Source of the DNA: a virus
Lineage: Duplodnaviria; Caudoviricetes
Reading direction: 5' to 3' (one strand)
Length of the DNA stretch: 41,747 bases
IMG/VR virus record: IMGVR_UViG_3300001866_000188
Span: 1 to 41,747 of that record
The notes under the pieces were generated by a model. It did not search any database and was not told where the DNA came from. It saw nothing but the letters and a program-made list of their open reading frames with translations. A program made the position numbers and the translations under genes. Below, one piece after another: positions 24,679 to 33,189 of the stretch. Numbering within the stretch: position 1 is the first letter of the stretch; each line of letters begins with the position of its first letter.

Positions 24679-26897
24679 AATAAATCACTCTTTCGGATTT
24701 TGCTTCTCGGGTATAAAGCTTTAACGAAGTTTACCGGATGCTGGGGCTGTAATCTTAGCACCATCACGACATATTTGCCTGCTGAATATTCTTGTATAGG
24801 CTTATCAAGTTCATCGTTAAAAGCAATAACCCTAACAGTATCATTACGCTTATTGCGTTGGACAAATGCAGCATTTCTCATAATATCATTAACAATATCC
24901 GGAATATCGCCGCTAAGTTCAGGATGTCCTACAGAAATATGTTCCTGTGTATCCTGACTAAGGGTTAATGCTGCATCCTTTATCCCATATGCTTCTTTAA
25001 GTACATTATACACTTCTGGCTGCATTGTGCTAATCTCTTTGAATTGCCTTTTTACTGCTTGATCAAATGAACTGTTCTCCTGCCCATTTGTCTCTCCATC
25101 GTTTTGCCCGTTCTCTAAATCGATATACAACCCATATGCATGCTTACAATTATGGGTTATAATAGAATTACAAGCATACCAACCATCTGTAGTTTGGAGG
25201 TTGTAAACATGCCCCGAAAAACTCCTCAACTGAACGCCAATGATCTCATCAGGCGTTATACTGCCGGAGAGTCCCTCTATCAACTCGCTACCGCTTTGCA
25301 TGTCGGTAAAGCTTCTATTAAAACCATCTTGGAGCAAAACGGAATTGAGATTAGGAATCTCCAAGAAGCTCGCATCAATCGCAGGATACCACTCGACAAC
25401 TCCGACATCCACCGACGATACTCGGCAGGGGAAACCAAGAAGGCTATCGCTAAAAGTCTTGGCGTGAATCAAGCCACGATTCAACGCCGTCTTAAAGATT
25501 TTGGTATTGATACCGCTCCGGATAGGTCTGTTGCAATGAGCACGCGTCTTTCCAGAATGACCGCCGAAGAACGGCAAGCGTTGACTGAAGCTGCTCATGA
25601 CGCTGTTCGCGGCACAAAACAGCCTCTTGAATATAAGATACACCATGCTCAATGCATCCAGGCCCGCGGCAAATTTGGCAGTGCTGCTGAACAAATCCTT
25701 ACTGGTTGGCTTATGGAAAGAGGCATTAATGTTATTCCCCAACAAGCCATCGGCATATATAACGCAGACATCGGAGCCTTTCCCATCGCCGTGGAAGTCT
25801 TCGGGGGAAACTGGCACGCTAATGGCAGACATGCCCTTAGACTGCCCGAAAGAACGCACCACATCCTCAATTCTGGATGGAATTTGGTCTTTGTGTGGGT
25901 CAGTGCCTTGTATCATCCCCTGCTCCCCCAATTGACGGATGACATAGTCGCCTTCTACGAGTTGTCCCGCCGCGACCCATCCTTTAGGGGTCAATATCGG
26001 GTGGTTTGGGGTGACGGGCAATTCTATTCCGCTGGCAGTGTGCAAGATGATGAGTTCACCATCATACCATCTGGAAAAAACCGCCAATGGCGGAGGCCCA
26101 CTGACTAAAACGCCAGCTGGAAAACACCGGGGATGGAAGAGCCCGGCATCCTTAGCCTCTTGCAGCGTCGGATAGCCTTCCGTCTTGCCCGACAAGGATA
26201 ATATTTTCCCCTCCCACGGTCGACACTTTTCGCATGCCCCTATATGAGTGCTGACCTTCACCAGATCGTGCCCGTGTTCTAAAAGTCGGTTAGCAGTACC
26301 CTGTAGATGGGCCTCCATAGTCGTAGTTCTAGCCACCGTTTCTGCATATGTCCGCATGTTCCATTGTCTGCCCTTACGGTCCTTAAACCCTGTTATCCCC
26401 TGTTCGGCCAACTGCTCTCGGAAGTTTTTCGCCACCTGCTGCCAGCTTTTATAACCAACCACCGAACCCTTAATATTTTCCAAAGCCAGGGTTCGGTAGA
26501 TATCATCGACCCGGCGGCCTATGGTCGTAGCCACATCATCAAACCGATTATAGGCGGTCTCGGCCAGCACCTGGGCAGCCTGTTGGTGGATGGCTGCAAA
26601 ACCAACCTTGACCTCAGTGCCCATGGCTTTCATCTGAACATCAGCAGCCTTGGCGCCTTCCGTGTAAACCCGGGGAATAGCTTCTTCGCACCAAGTACGA
26701 GATCCCTCCCGCAAGTCCTTCAGGATAGCCTGAACATTGGTTTTCATAGCGTTTAGATATTCAGTCTTGTTTTCCCTGAGCAGAGCTTGGTTAATATCAT
26801 TCAGGATCTCGCGCTCAGCGTCAGTATAAAATTGTATCAACCGCCGAGCTTCGTCCTCACTGAAACGTATGAGCTTTTCATCGGGAGACTTTGCCAT
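24660..26897 (-). CDS. MuF-type minor capsid protein with intein and C-terminal BECR-like nuclease toxin
   Basis: G..W.M.TYAE...RT, C..C.PWEGK, YPTL.EA...GLFHPR|C.H; C-terminal EHI..GHPE..NFVKALYP..LLW. Confidence 0.85.
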   Translation of the reverse strand: MAKSPDEKLIRFSEDEARRLIQFYTDAEREILNDINQALLRENKTEYLNAMKTNVQAILKDLREGSRTWCEEAIPRVYTEGAKAADVQMKAMGTEVKVGFAAIHQQAAQVLAETAYNRFDDVATTIGRRVDDIYRTLALENIKGSVVGYKSWQQVAKNFREQLAEQGITGFKDRKGRQWNMRTYAETVARTTTMEAHLQGTANRLLEHGHDLVKVSTHIGACEKCRPWEGKILSLSGKTEGYPTLQEAKDAGLFHPRCFPAGVLVSGPPPLAVFSRWYDGELIILHTASGIELPVTPNHPILTPKGWVAAGQLVEGDYVIRQLGEQGMIQGTDPHKDQIPSRIEDVVRSFGQSKGMSAISVPVSPEDFHGDGKGSDVCVIYADGLLGNNINASFHKPTSKDLFSSTAKFAAGLDALSMVYLIFKRLFCAANSVMSSFSQRLPFFGGHSGKTRAHCNRPIRSGINTKIFKTALNRGLIHAKTFSDSLLGFPCRVSSVDVGVVEWYPAIDASFLEIPNLNSVLLQDGFNRSFTDMQSGSELIEGLSGSITPDEIIGVQLRSFSGHVYNLQTTDGWYACNSIITHNCKHAYGLYIDLENGQNDGETNGQENSSFDQAVKRQFKEISTMQPEVYNVLKEAYGIKDAALTLSQDTQEHISVGHPELSGDIPDIVNDIMRNAAFVQRNKRNDTVRVIAFNDELDKPIQEYSAGKYVVMVLRLQPQHPVNFVKALYPRSKIRKSDLLWSKKD
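25158..25211 (+). promoter_or_regulatory. Putative -10 box (TATAAT 25158-25163), SD (GGAGGT 25196-25201) and ATG (25209) of the antisense endonuclease
   Basis: Consensus elements in sensible spacing; the -35 match is weak. Confidence 0.6.
25209..26108 (+). CDS. HTH-HTH plus Vsr/DUF559-like endonuclease encoded antisense inside the intein
   Basis: Two RRY.AGE....A..L.V....I...L...GI repeats; S.AE..L...L..RGI...Q..IG.Y.AD..IAVEVFGGNWH..R...I...GW.LV.VW; strong SD. Confidence 0.87.
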   Translation: MPRKTPQLNANDLIRRYTAGESLYQLATALHVGKASIKTILEQNGIEIRNLQEARINRRIPLDNSDIHRRYSAGETKKAIAKSLGVNQATIQRRLKDFGIDTAPDRSVAMSTRLSRMTAEERQALTEAAHDAVRGTKQPLEYKIHHAQCIQARGKFGSAAEQILTGWLMERGINVIPQQAIGIYNADIGAFPIAVEVFGGNWHANGRHALRLPERTHHILNSGWNLVFVWVSALYHPLLPQLTDDIVAFYELSRRDPSFRGQYRVVWGDGQFYSAGSVQDDEFTIIPSGKNRQWRRPTD

Positions 26898-28345
26898 CAG
26901 ACCTCACCGCCCTGATCGCTCCCCTGCAGTGTTACGCGGGGCTTGTTAGTGACCTCCGGTACGCCCGAGCCCTGTTCTTCCTTAATTCTGTCTATCTCGT
27001 TCTGAAGTGCGTCCCCCTCCAGCCCGTCCAAGCGCCGCAAGCTGCTTTCCAGGCTGGTTAGCCCGGCACCTTTTCTCTGTACCTCAATCTGTGTCTGCTC
27101 GGTATCATCCTGAGGTAAACCGTCGAACCAATCGATATGGATGTTCTCCAGTCTAACTGCCCCCCCGGCTCCCTGGGCTACTTCAAGAGCAGCGGCCAGC
27201 TGTAAAACCTTCTTCAAGGCCGGGTCAAACTCCATCCGAATACGGCCAACCTTGGCAAGCGGTGCCATCATCAACCGACGAAGCGCGCTACCCGATTCCG
27301 CCAGGCCGGACTTGAGTTGTCCAAATGCAGCCGGCGAAGTCTCAGAAAGAAAATAAAGCTGCTCCATCAGCAGATCTATCTCACGAAATGCCGCCTCAAG
27401 CTGACCGTCCCATACAACATACCCCGGGGGGTTGTCCTCAGATGTCAGTGGAAAGTATTTGCCACCGGCTCTAAATGTTGCTTGACCGGTTAAAGGGTCC
27501 ACTTCCAGAGCACTATCCGGGCCGTACATATTGGGGTCAGAATGCTTGTCCAGTATTCTGCTTATCTGGGCAACCCTAATCTCAAGCTCCTGGATGATAC
27601 CGTCAAGGTCAGAGTAATCATCTATCCCGGTAGCCCGGTCGGTCGTAATAAGATTACTGATCTGTACTACCAAGAAATCATCAACGCCAGTCTCCTGTAC
27701 ATTTTCTTCTTCCGCTAACTCGCCTATCTTCTGACCCTGGTTGATTAGCCTGTACACCCGGGTTGTAATCTTCCCCTTCTCATGAATCTCAGCCTTAAGA
27801 AACTGTTGCTTACGGTTCCCGGCACCCAGGAGCAACGGAGAAACTTCATCATAGATCCAGGCCAGGACGTGGGCGGTAATGTCCTTTATATTGTCCTTTG
27901 CTACAACCGGGAACCAAACCAGCGGTGTTTGCCCCTCTATAATGGCACGGCCATCGTAACGCACCTTGATCAGGCCATCACCAAAACGACTGACGTCCAG
28001 AGCGACTTCATAGGCCCGTTTAACGAGTCGATTATTGTTAATAAGATTGTCTGCCTCCGCCTGTTCCGCAGTGCCTTTATCGCCCACTGATATCCTCGGC
28101 GGTTCTCCAAGCAGCAGGTTGCCCCATAAGGTAGACAGACGTTTATGCCAATTGAGGATCAACTCCAGAGTTGCCCTCTTATCCTCGCGCAGAAGCCGTA
28201 TCCAGTCCCTGTAAACCAGTTCATGTTTGCCTTCGAAAAGGTTCCGGTTTGCCTGGTATGTTTTTAATCTTTCCAGTTCGCTTTCCGGTGGCCACGGCTG
28301 ACCCGGATTCAACCAGTCTAAATTTGTTAACACATTAATCACCAT
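26897..28345 (-). CDS. Portal protein (SPP1/A118-like)
   Basis: WPP..E.ERL..Y..NR.LFEG.H, G.DDYSDL, AESG.AL; follows the terminase. Confidence 0.88.
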   Translation of the reverse strand: MVINVLTNLDWLNPGQPWPPESELERLKTYQANRNLFEGKHELVYRDWIRLLREDKRATLELILNWHKRLSTLWGNLLLGEPPRISVGDKGTAEQAEADNLINNNRLVKRAYEVALDVSRFGDGLIKVRYDGRAIIEGQTPLVWFPVVAKDNIKDITAHVLAWIYDEVSPLLLGAGNRKQQFLKAEIHEKGKITTRVYRLINQGQKIGELAEEENVQETGVDDFLVVQISNLITTDRATGIDDYSDLDGIIQELEIRVAQISRILDKHSDPNMYGPDSALEVDPLTGQATFRAGGKYFPLTSEDNPPGYVVWDGQLEAAFREIDLLMEQLYFLSETSPAAFGQLKSGLAESGSALRRLMMAPLAKVGRIRMEFDPALKKVLQLAAALEVAQGAGGAVRLENIHIDWFDGLPQDDTEQTQIEVQRKGAGLTSLESSLRRLDGLEGDALQNEIDRIKEEQGSGVPEVTNKPRVTLQGSDQGGEV

Positions 28346-29619
28346 CCTGCTGGTTTGCCGACTGTTACTCCAACGGTGCGGCTAAATATGGTATGAAGGA
28401 TATACCTTAAGGCATCGAGTGCGTGATCGTTTGCCTTTATTGGTTTATCTTCGCCCTTCTCCTGGGCTTTCGGGTTCCACACATAATTCGTTATTTCCTT
28501 GAGCAAGTTCGGACACTTCTTTCCGTAAATAAAGAGCCGTTGCTCTCCGAAGAAGGAGGCAACGGTTCTTATTCCGTTTATTACGCTGTTGTCGGCTTTT
28601 CTTAATCCAGCCACTCCATCTTTCCGCAGTTGCAGGATGAAACTGGCTGCGCTCGGGTCAATGCAAATCGCCTTCGGGTACCGGCCTTTAATAAACTCCT
28701 TTAGATCCCGGCTGTATTCGATGTCGGTCTTTTGCCGGCCTTTCTTGGAACTATCCCAGTAATACTCATCGATAACATACAAGTTCTTGCCGGACTGACC
28801 GATAATCAAAATCACGGTTGGATTACCGGTCCCGTAGTCCACGCCCGCATAATAAGCATCGAACTTAGCCGGCAACTGGTCAACCACATGGATTGATTCA
28901 TCGAACATATCATAGATGACGCCCTCGGCCAGCACCCAGAGACCCAGGATCATGCGCTTAAACCAGAGGCCGGTAAACCGCTTATAGCGTTCTTTTGTCT
29001 TAGGCGATAAGCTCAAGTTATCATCCAGGGTAAAATGAAGGCGCAAAACCTTCATTTCCTTGGCTTTATCTATGTATTCCGTTTTAATGTAGTGGAACGG
29101 TCCTTCCGGATTGCAGTTCATCCAGACCTTTGACCCTTCCACTGAGCAGCGGCCTATCATCTGCTTGATAAAGGACTCCGGGAAAAGAGCAGCTTCGTCT
29201 GCATAAGCGCCAGCTGCAGTTAACCCCTGAAGGACATCCTGGGACGCCTCGTTATTGGCACCAAACAGGTAATAAGTATTGCTGCCTATTTCAACTCGGG
29301 TATCGGAGCCTGATCTGATATACCGGTAAAGAATTCCTTTGGCATTCAGGATCTGAAACATGGGCTTCAGGACGTTGCGCTTCAGGGCTCCCATGCTCCG
29401 GCCAGCCAGAATAAAGTTCTCGTTTTGGAATGTTGCCAGTGACCAGGTTAAAAAGCCATCAATCATTGCAATGGTTTTCCCTGCCCTAATAGACCCGTCG
29501 CATATAATCATGTCGTAGTCTTTATACGGGCTGGGGTCCATCCACCATGTTAAAACCTTCTTTTGTTTCATGGAGAACGGCTGAAACTTAAAAACTGCAG
29601 CAGTTTGTGCCTTGGCCAT
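28339..29619 (-). CDS. terL: Terminase large subunit (PBSX family)
   Basis: DGSIRAGKT, QGLT.AGAY.DE, NCNP.GP.H, GVDYG..NP, IDPSAASF, DHA.DA.RY. Confidence 0.95.
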   Translation of the reverse strand: MAKAQTAAVFKFQPFSMKQKKVLTWWMDPSPYKDYDMIICDGSIRAGKTIAMIDGFLTWSLATFQNENFILAGRSMGALKRNVLKPMFQILNAKGILYRYIRSGSDTRVEIGSNTYYLFGANNEASQDVLQGLTAAGAYADEAALFPESFIKQMIGRCSVEGSKVWMNCNPEGPFHYIKTEYIDKAKEMKVLRLHFTLDDNLSLSPKTKERYKRFTGLWFKRMILGLWVLAEGVIYDMFDESIHVVDQLPAKFDAYYAGVDYGTGNPTVILIIGQSGKNLYVIDEYYWDSSKKGRQKTDIEYSRDLKEFIKGRYPKAICIDPSAASFILQLRKDGVAGLRKADNSVINGIRTVASFFGEQRLFIYGKKCPNLLKEITNYVWNPKAQEKGEDKPIKANDHALDALRYILHTIFSRTVGVTVGKPAGW

Positions 29620-30416
29620 TATTCATCAGCCTCTCCTTCATCGCCCTCCTTGTCTCCAGCTTCTTCATCTGCCCAGACTTCCTTAGCAGTAGGTTTAAGC
29701 GCGTCAACGTAACTGGTCATATCTGCTTCGGGCGTTGGGTTCTTAATCTTATCCAGTTCGGCCTTCAGCTTATCGATCCGGAGTTTTTGTTCTTCAGTAT
29801 CCAGGTCTTTCAGTAATAGCTCTTCATATCTAGCGATCAACCTTTCCAGGGTTTGTATGGCTCGGCTTTGGGCCTGAAGGAAGTTGGCATGTTTGTCCCA
29901 GGCATGCTGCACTTCCCATTTTTCGCCTATGATTTTACCCTTCTGATATCCGACTTTCTCAATTGTTTTATCTTGCTGGTCCCGCACCCACATCAGCTTC
30001 TGCGCCCGGGCAATGGCCGTGTATTGAATGACTATGTTTTCCCATAGCATATCCAGTGGGCTCTTAATCTGAATCTCCTTAACAATGGCCAGGGTTTCTT
30101 CGTCATCAGGGAATATTCGCGAAAAAAAACCATGCTTCTCAGCATGATGATTTCCTGGAGGGGCACCATGGCCACCCTTATTTCCTAAAGCGTTTTTGCT
30201 GCCGAATGGGGCGCCACGTTTTTTGGTTGTTTCTCTTTTTATGTTTTGGGTGCACCCTTTTTCTGGTTTAGGTGCACCCTTTTTTCTTGCCCATTTGAAT
30301 CTCTTTTGCCATGACTTAACTGTGTTTATGCTCACGCCATGCTTTTCGGCGATGTCCTTATACTTCATTCCGGCCTCGTAATCTCGCTGGGCCTCAATAT
30401 GATCTTTTGCTGCCAT
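29619..30416 (-). CDS. terS: Terminase small subunit
   Basis: N-terminal HTH YKDIAEK.GVS.NTVKSW, GAP.GN.NA repeats, KHGFFS. Confidence 0.92.
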   Translation of the reverse strand: MAAKDHIEAQRDYEAGMKYKDIAEKHGVSINTVKSWQKRFKWARKKGAPKPEKGCTQNIKRETTKKRGAPFGSKNALGNKGGHGAPPGNHHAEKHGFFSRIFPDDEETLAIVKEIQIKSPLDMLWENIVIQYTAIARAQKLMWVRDQQDKTIEKVGYQKGKIIGEKWEVQHAWDKHANFLQAQSRAIQTLERLIARYEELLLKDLDTEEQKLRIDKLKAELDKIKNPTPEADMTSYVDALKPTAKEVWADEEAGDKEGDEGEADE

Positions 30417-30520
30417 TTACACGGCTCACCACCTCCCGGATGGACTATTTTAATTAAAATGAATAATATTAAGCTAATCTGTAAACAATAAATTCAGCAA
30501 ATTAATAAGGGGGGCTTACA

Positions 30521-30616
30521 TTGAAATGGGTCCTGCTGTCTTTTATAGCAGGGCTGATAATTCTAAATTTGTTGGACAGAATTATATTGATAATTCTGAT
30601 CCTTAAATATAAATAG
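30521..30616 (+). CDS. Candidate 31-aa hydrophobic peptide MKWVLLSFIAGLIILNLLDRIILIILILKYK
   Basis: AAGGGGGG SD, TTG start, hydrophobic core with basic C-terminus; hairpin at 30621-30656. Confidence 0.45.
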   Translation: MKWVLLSFIAGLIILNLLDRIILIILILKYK

Positions 30617-30689
30617 AATTATTGTCCCTGGGGGCGGTTTCGCTCCTAGAGACAATAAAAATATAATATAAAGATGAAGTAAATTTGGC

Positions 30690-30902
30690 CTATAAAATCG
30701 CATCAAAAAATCCCCCGAAGGGGCTTATGAGTGCGTTAATCAAATCTGTTTTTATATCTCCCGGTACCACTCCAATAATTTGATCGCTAAATAATGTAAA
30801 CAAATTAGTTCTTAGAATTCGTTGCCCGGAGTAATTATAAATTTCCACATCGCTAAGTTCGATAGATTCCGCATCATGGTTAGGATTGCCGTTATTTTCA
30901 TT
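30690..30902 (-). pseudogene. Possible 5'-truncated gene remnant
   Basis: About 70 stop-free codons (..IELSDVEIY..LFSDQIIGVVPG..) with no start codon or SD, directly behind a terminator. Confidence 0.35.
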
Positions 30903-30905
30903 GGC

Positions 30906-30942
30906 AAAAGAACAAACCCGCCGCTTATGTGTAGCGACGGGT
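30906..30942 (-). terminator. Rho-independent terminator at the end of the early/middle operon
   Basis: ACCCGTCGCT-ACACATA-AGCGGCGGGT plus TTGTTCTTTT. Confidence 0.7.
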
Positions 30943-30976
30943 AGCTATTTTGATTTTAGCATCTTTTACCAGGTTG

Positions 30977-31378
30977 TCAAGATAATAAATGTCTCTGGCT
31001 AAGTACCTGGGGCATAGCCCTCTGCTTCTTATGTTTCCTCCCACCACTGGACTTTGCTCCCTTCTTACCTCGGCGAATATCGGCTAAATAAGCTAATCCC
31101 AACCCATAATAGCCTCGGGGCTCCGCCTCCTCTTCTTCATCACTCTGATCTTCAGGTGGCCAAAATTCACTATCACAGCCAGAGCAGCGGTAATAACCAG
31201 GGGCTACATACTTCATGGGCCGGCCGCATCCTGGGCAGGTCATTTTGCTATCTTTCGGCCAGAACTGACCCTTACACTGGGGACACTGGTAGAAGTTATC
31301 CTCATTGTTGAACTGCATTTGTTGTTTACACGTCGGGCAAATCACTCCCAAAGTTACTGCCTCTGAATTTTGAGCCAC
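30977..31378 (-). CDS. Double zinc-ribbon protein (possible late-gene regulator)
   Basis: Two CP.C..M...Y.C..C...FWP repeats, then acidic and basic tails. Confidence 0.75.
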   Translation of the reverse strand: MAQNSEAVTLGVICPTCKQQMQFNNEDNFYQCPQCKGQFWPKDSKMTCPGCGRPMKYVAPGYYRCSGCDSEFWPPEDQSDEEEEAEPRGYYGLGLAYLADIRRGKKGAKSSGGRKHKKQRAMPQVLSQRHLLS

Positions 31379-31436
31379 CTCTCACCCCTCCTAATCTTTT
31401 CCCCCGCCTTAGTTCGTTTAATAGTTGAACTGCGCA

Positions 31437-31652
31437 CTAAGCAACTACGCCCTGTGCCCAATTAGCAAAACATTTAATTTCCATTGAAACATCATTTTTC
31501 CCTAAATGAGATTCCTGATAGTGCTTCATTCCCTTTACTGTTTGAAAAGACAAAATACCCACCCGACTGATAAAATTAACTTTGCGTTCAGTTCCTTCGC
31601 CATTAAAATAGGTTTTACCCACCATTATTTCGGATTGTTTCAAGCCTCTCAC
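31437..31652 (-). CDS. Hypothetical protein
   Basis: I.VGKTY.N..G..RKV..FANWA pattern; SD present. Confidence 0.6.
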   Translation of the reverse strand: MRGLKQSEIMVGKTYFNGEGTERKVNFISRVGILSFQTVKGMKHYQESHLGKNDVSMEIKCFANWAQGVVA

Positions 31653-31688
31653 TCCTTCCCCGCAGCGGGATTTTTATTGAAATGCGCA

Positions 31689-32129
31689 CTATCGCATTGC
31701 AGCATAGCGCTCTGCACGTTCCTTGGCATCCAGCTTTTCAAAAGCATTGCGGGTGTCTTTGACAACCCCGTTCAGTTCGTCAAGTTCCTCCTGTAATTCT
31801 TTAATCGTTCCCTTCCACATATCGCGGATTTCTCTTAGGTTTTTTCGGTGCCGCTCAATGAGAGACAACTGTCTTTTGCGGTCTTCTCGACCATCAAAAA
31901 ACTCAAGGCCCTCTTTGTACTCTTCTTCCGTGAGTTCGGCGTAGCCATATAAATCCTGCAATTCGCGGGTATCATCGCACCCTTTGTATTTTTCATCCCG
32001 GATTTTTTCGGTCCGTGCCTGTTCAGCAGCAAGAGCCGCCTTGGCATACTTTTTAAAAATTTTATCAATATCCGCGACCATCATTTTTGCAAGTTCTATT
32101 TCTTGCTCAATTTCAGATATTGTGCTCAT
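31689..32129 (-). CDS. Hypothetical coiled-coil protein
   Basis: AAGGAGG SD; charged helical. Confidence 0.7.
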   Translation of the reverse strand: MSTISEIEQEIELAKMMVADIDKIFKKYAKAALAAEQARTEKIRDEKYKGCDDTRELQDLYGYAELTEEEYKEGLEFFDGREDRKRQLSLIERHRKNLREIRDMWKGTIKELQEELDELNGVVKDTRNAFEKLDAKERAERYAAMR

Positions 32130-32141
32130 TTATATCCTCCT

Positions 32142-32621
32142 TCACTGTCCGCAGTCGCTTGGGGCCAGGCAACATACTTCCCAGATGGTCTTTTGTTCTG
32201 TCGGATATTTATCTGGCATCACCCTTGGCCTGCTCGGTACGTCCCAACCTTTAGGCTTATACTCGGTTTGACCTATTACTTTCCACCCTGCAGCCTTTAA
32301 ACTGGTTCCTGGTTCGGATTTCAAGGTATAAGTTATAAGCCGCTTATATCCTAAGTTCCTGGCTACCCTCCACGCAGCTGCGTAAAGTTTGCTGCAGGCG
32401 TTTGGATAACCCTCTAATACGCATACTCTCAATACCTCAAGGGTTAAGCCATCGTCTTTATATCTGGAAATCGGCCTACCCACAACGGCTACGCCTATAA
32501 CCGTCTCACCATCGTTTAGCCCAATACTGTATTTATGACCTACAGGGGCTATATTGTGCCGGTGGTATCTATTTACAAAGTCTTTTGCCTCCTGCAGTGT
32601 TATTGGTTGTAATTCCAGCAC
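32142..32621 (-). CDS. XF1762-family protein
   Basis: EA..FV.R.HRH..P.GHK, GRP.SR..DDG.TLEV.R.C, NACS.LY, ITYTL..E.G.SLKAAGW. Confidence 0.82.
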   Translation of the reverse strand: MLELQPITLQEAKDFVNRYHRHNIAPVGHKYSIGLNDGETVIGVAVVGRPISRYKDDGLTLEVLRVCVLEGYPNACSKLYAAAWRVARNLGYKRLITYTLKSEPGTSLKAAGWKVIGQTEYKPKGWDVPSRPRVMPDKYPTEQKTIWEVCCLAPSDCGQ

Positions 32622-32638
32622 TCAAAATACCCCCCTCC

Positions 32639-32869
32639 TTACGTCGCATAATCAAAACCTACTGGCGCTATGTCTATAAAGCGTTCACCTGCTATTTCAC
32701 CTGCATTGGCATTAATCCACGAATCATCTTTGCCGAGTTTGTTTAATACCGCCCTGGTTTCATCATCAACCGGAACATGAACGTAATAACAGGTTTCTCC
32801 GTCAGCATCATGGTCAATAACCTTGGCGCTTAGGGTGTTTATTAGATCAACCTTTTCCTGCTTATTCAC
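32639..32869 (-). CDS. Hypothetical protein
   Basis: AAGGAGG SD before GTG 32869. Confidence 0.55.
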   Translation of the reverse strand: MNKQEKVDLINTLSAKVIDHDADGETCYYVHVPVDDETRAVLNKLGKDDSWINANAGEIAGERFIDIAPVGFDYAT

Positions 32870-32925
32870 TAATAACTTCCTCCTTCCCCGCCCCAGCGAG
32901 GGGCAGGATATATTTGAACTGTTCA

Positions 32926-33189
32926 CTAAGCCCTATTACATATAGGGCAATTTTTCTTTTTGATCTTTTGAAACGTGCATTGTTCTATAACATCAGATGG
33001 ATCTATGCAGCATCCAATTGGCGAATTGGTATAATTGCCAATAATTAGGTAATGTGGTTTAGGCAGCGTTATCTTAATTACAATCATTGGAATAGGACAG
33101 ATATAAACGGTTCTATTGGGCTTATCGATATAAGCACCTACCCAAAGGTCGTACCATTTGAGCTGTAGCTTAATATTCAAACCTCTCAC
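32926..33189 (-). CDS. Hypothetical protein
   Basis: WYDLWVGAY.D..YICP.P motif seen in small phage proteins; GTGA coupling. Confidence 0.6.
   Translation of the reverse strand: MRGLNIKLQLKWYDLWVGAYIDKPNRTVYICPIPMIVIKITLPKPHYLIIGNYTNSPIGCCIDPSDVIEQCTFQKIKKKNCPICNRA

Larger units (their letters stand above)
25149..26126 (-). mobile_element. Intein (326 aa) inserted at HPR|C of the minor capsid protein
   Basis: Block A CFPAGVLV, block B VTPNHPILT..GWV.A..L..GD, block F GHVYNLQT, block G IITHN followed by Cys+1. Removal restores LFHPRCKH. Confidence 0.93.

Noticed and set aside
25140-25208. ORF-track start of the antisense nuclease at 25140
   Set aside because: No SD there; GGAGGT supports ATG 25209, and the HTH similarity starts after it.
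25149-26126. Group I intron or insertion sequence as the explanation for the insert
   Set aside because: The host frame stays open with complete intein blocks at both ends; no terminal inverted repeats or transposase motifs were seen.
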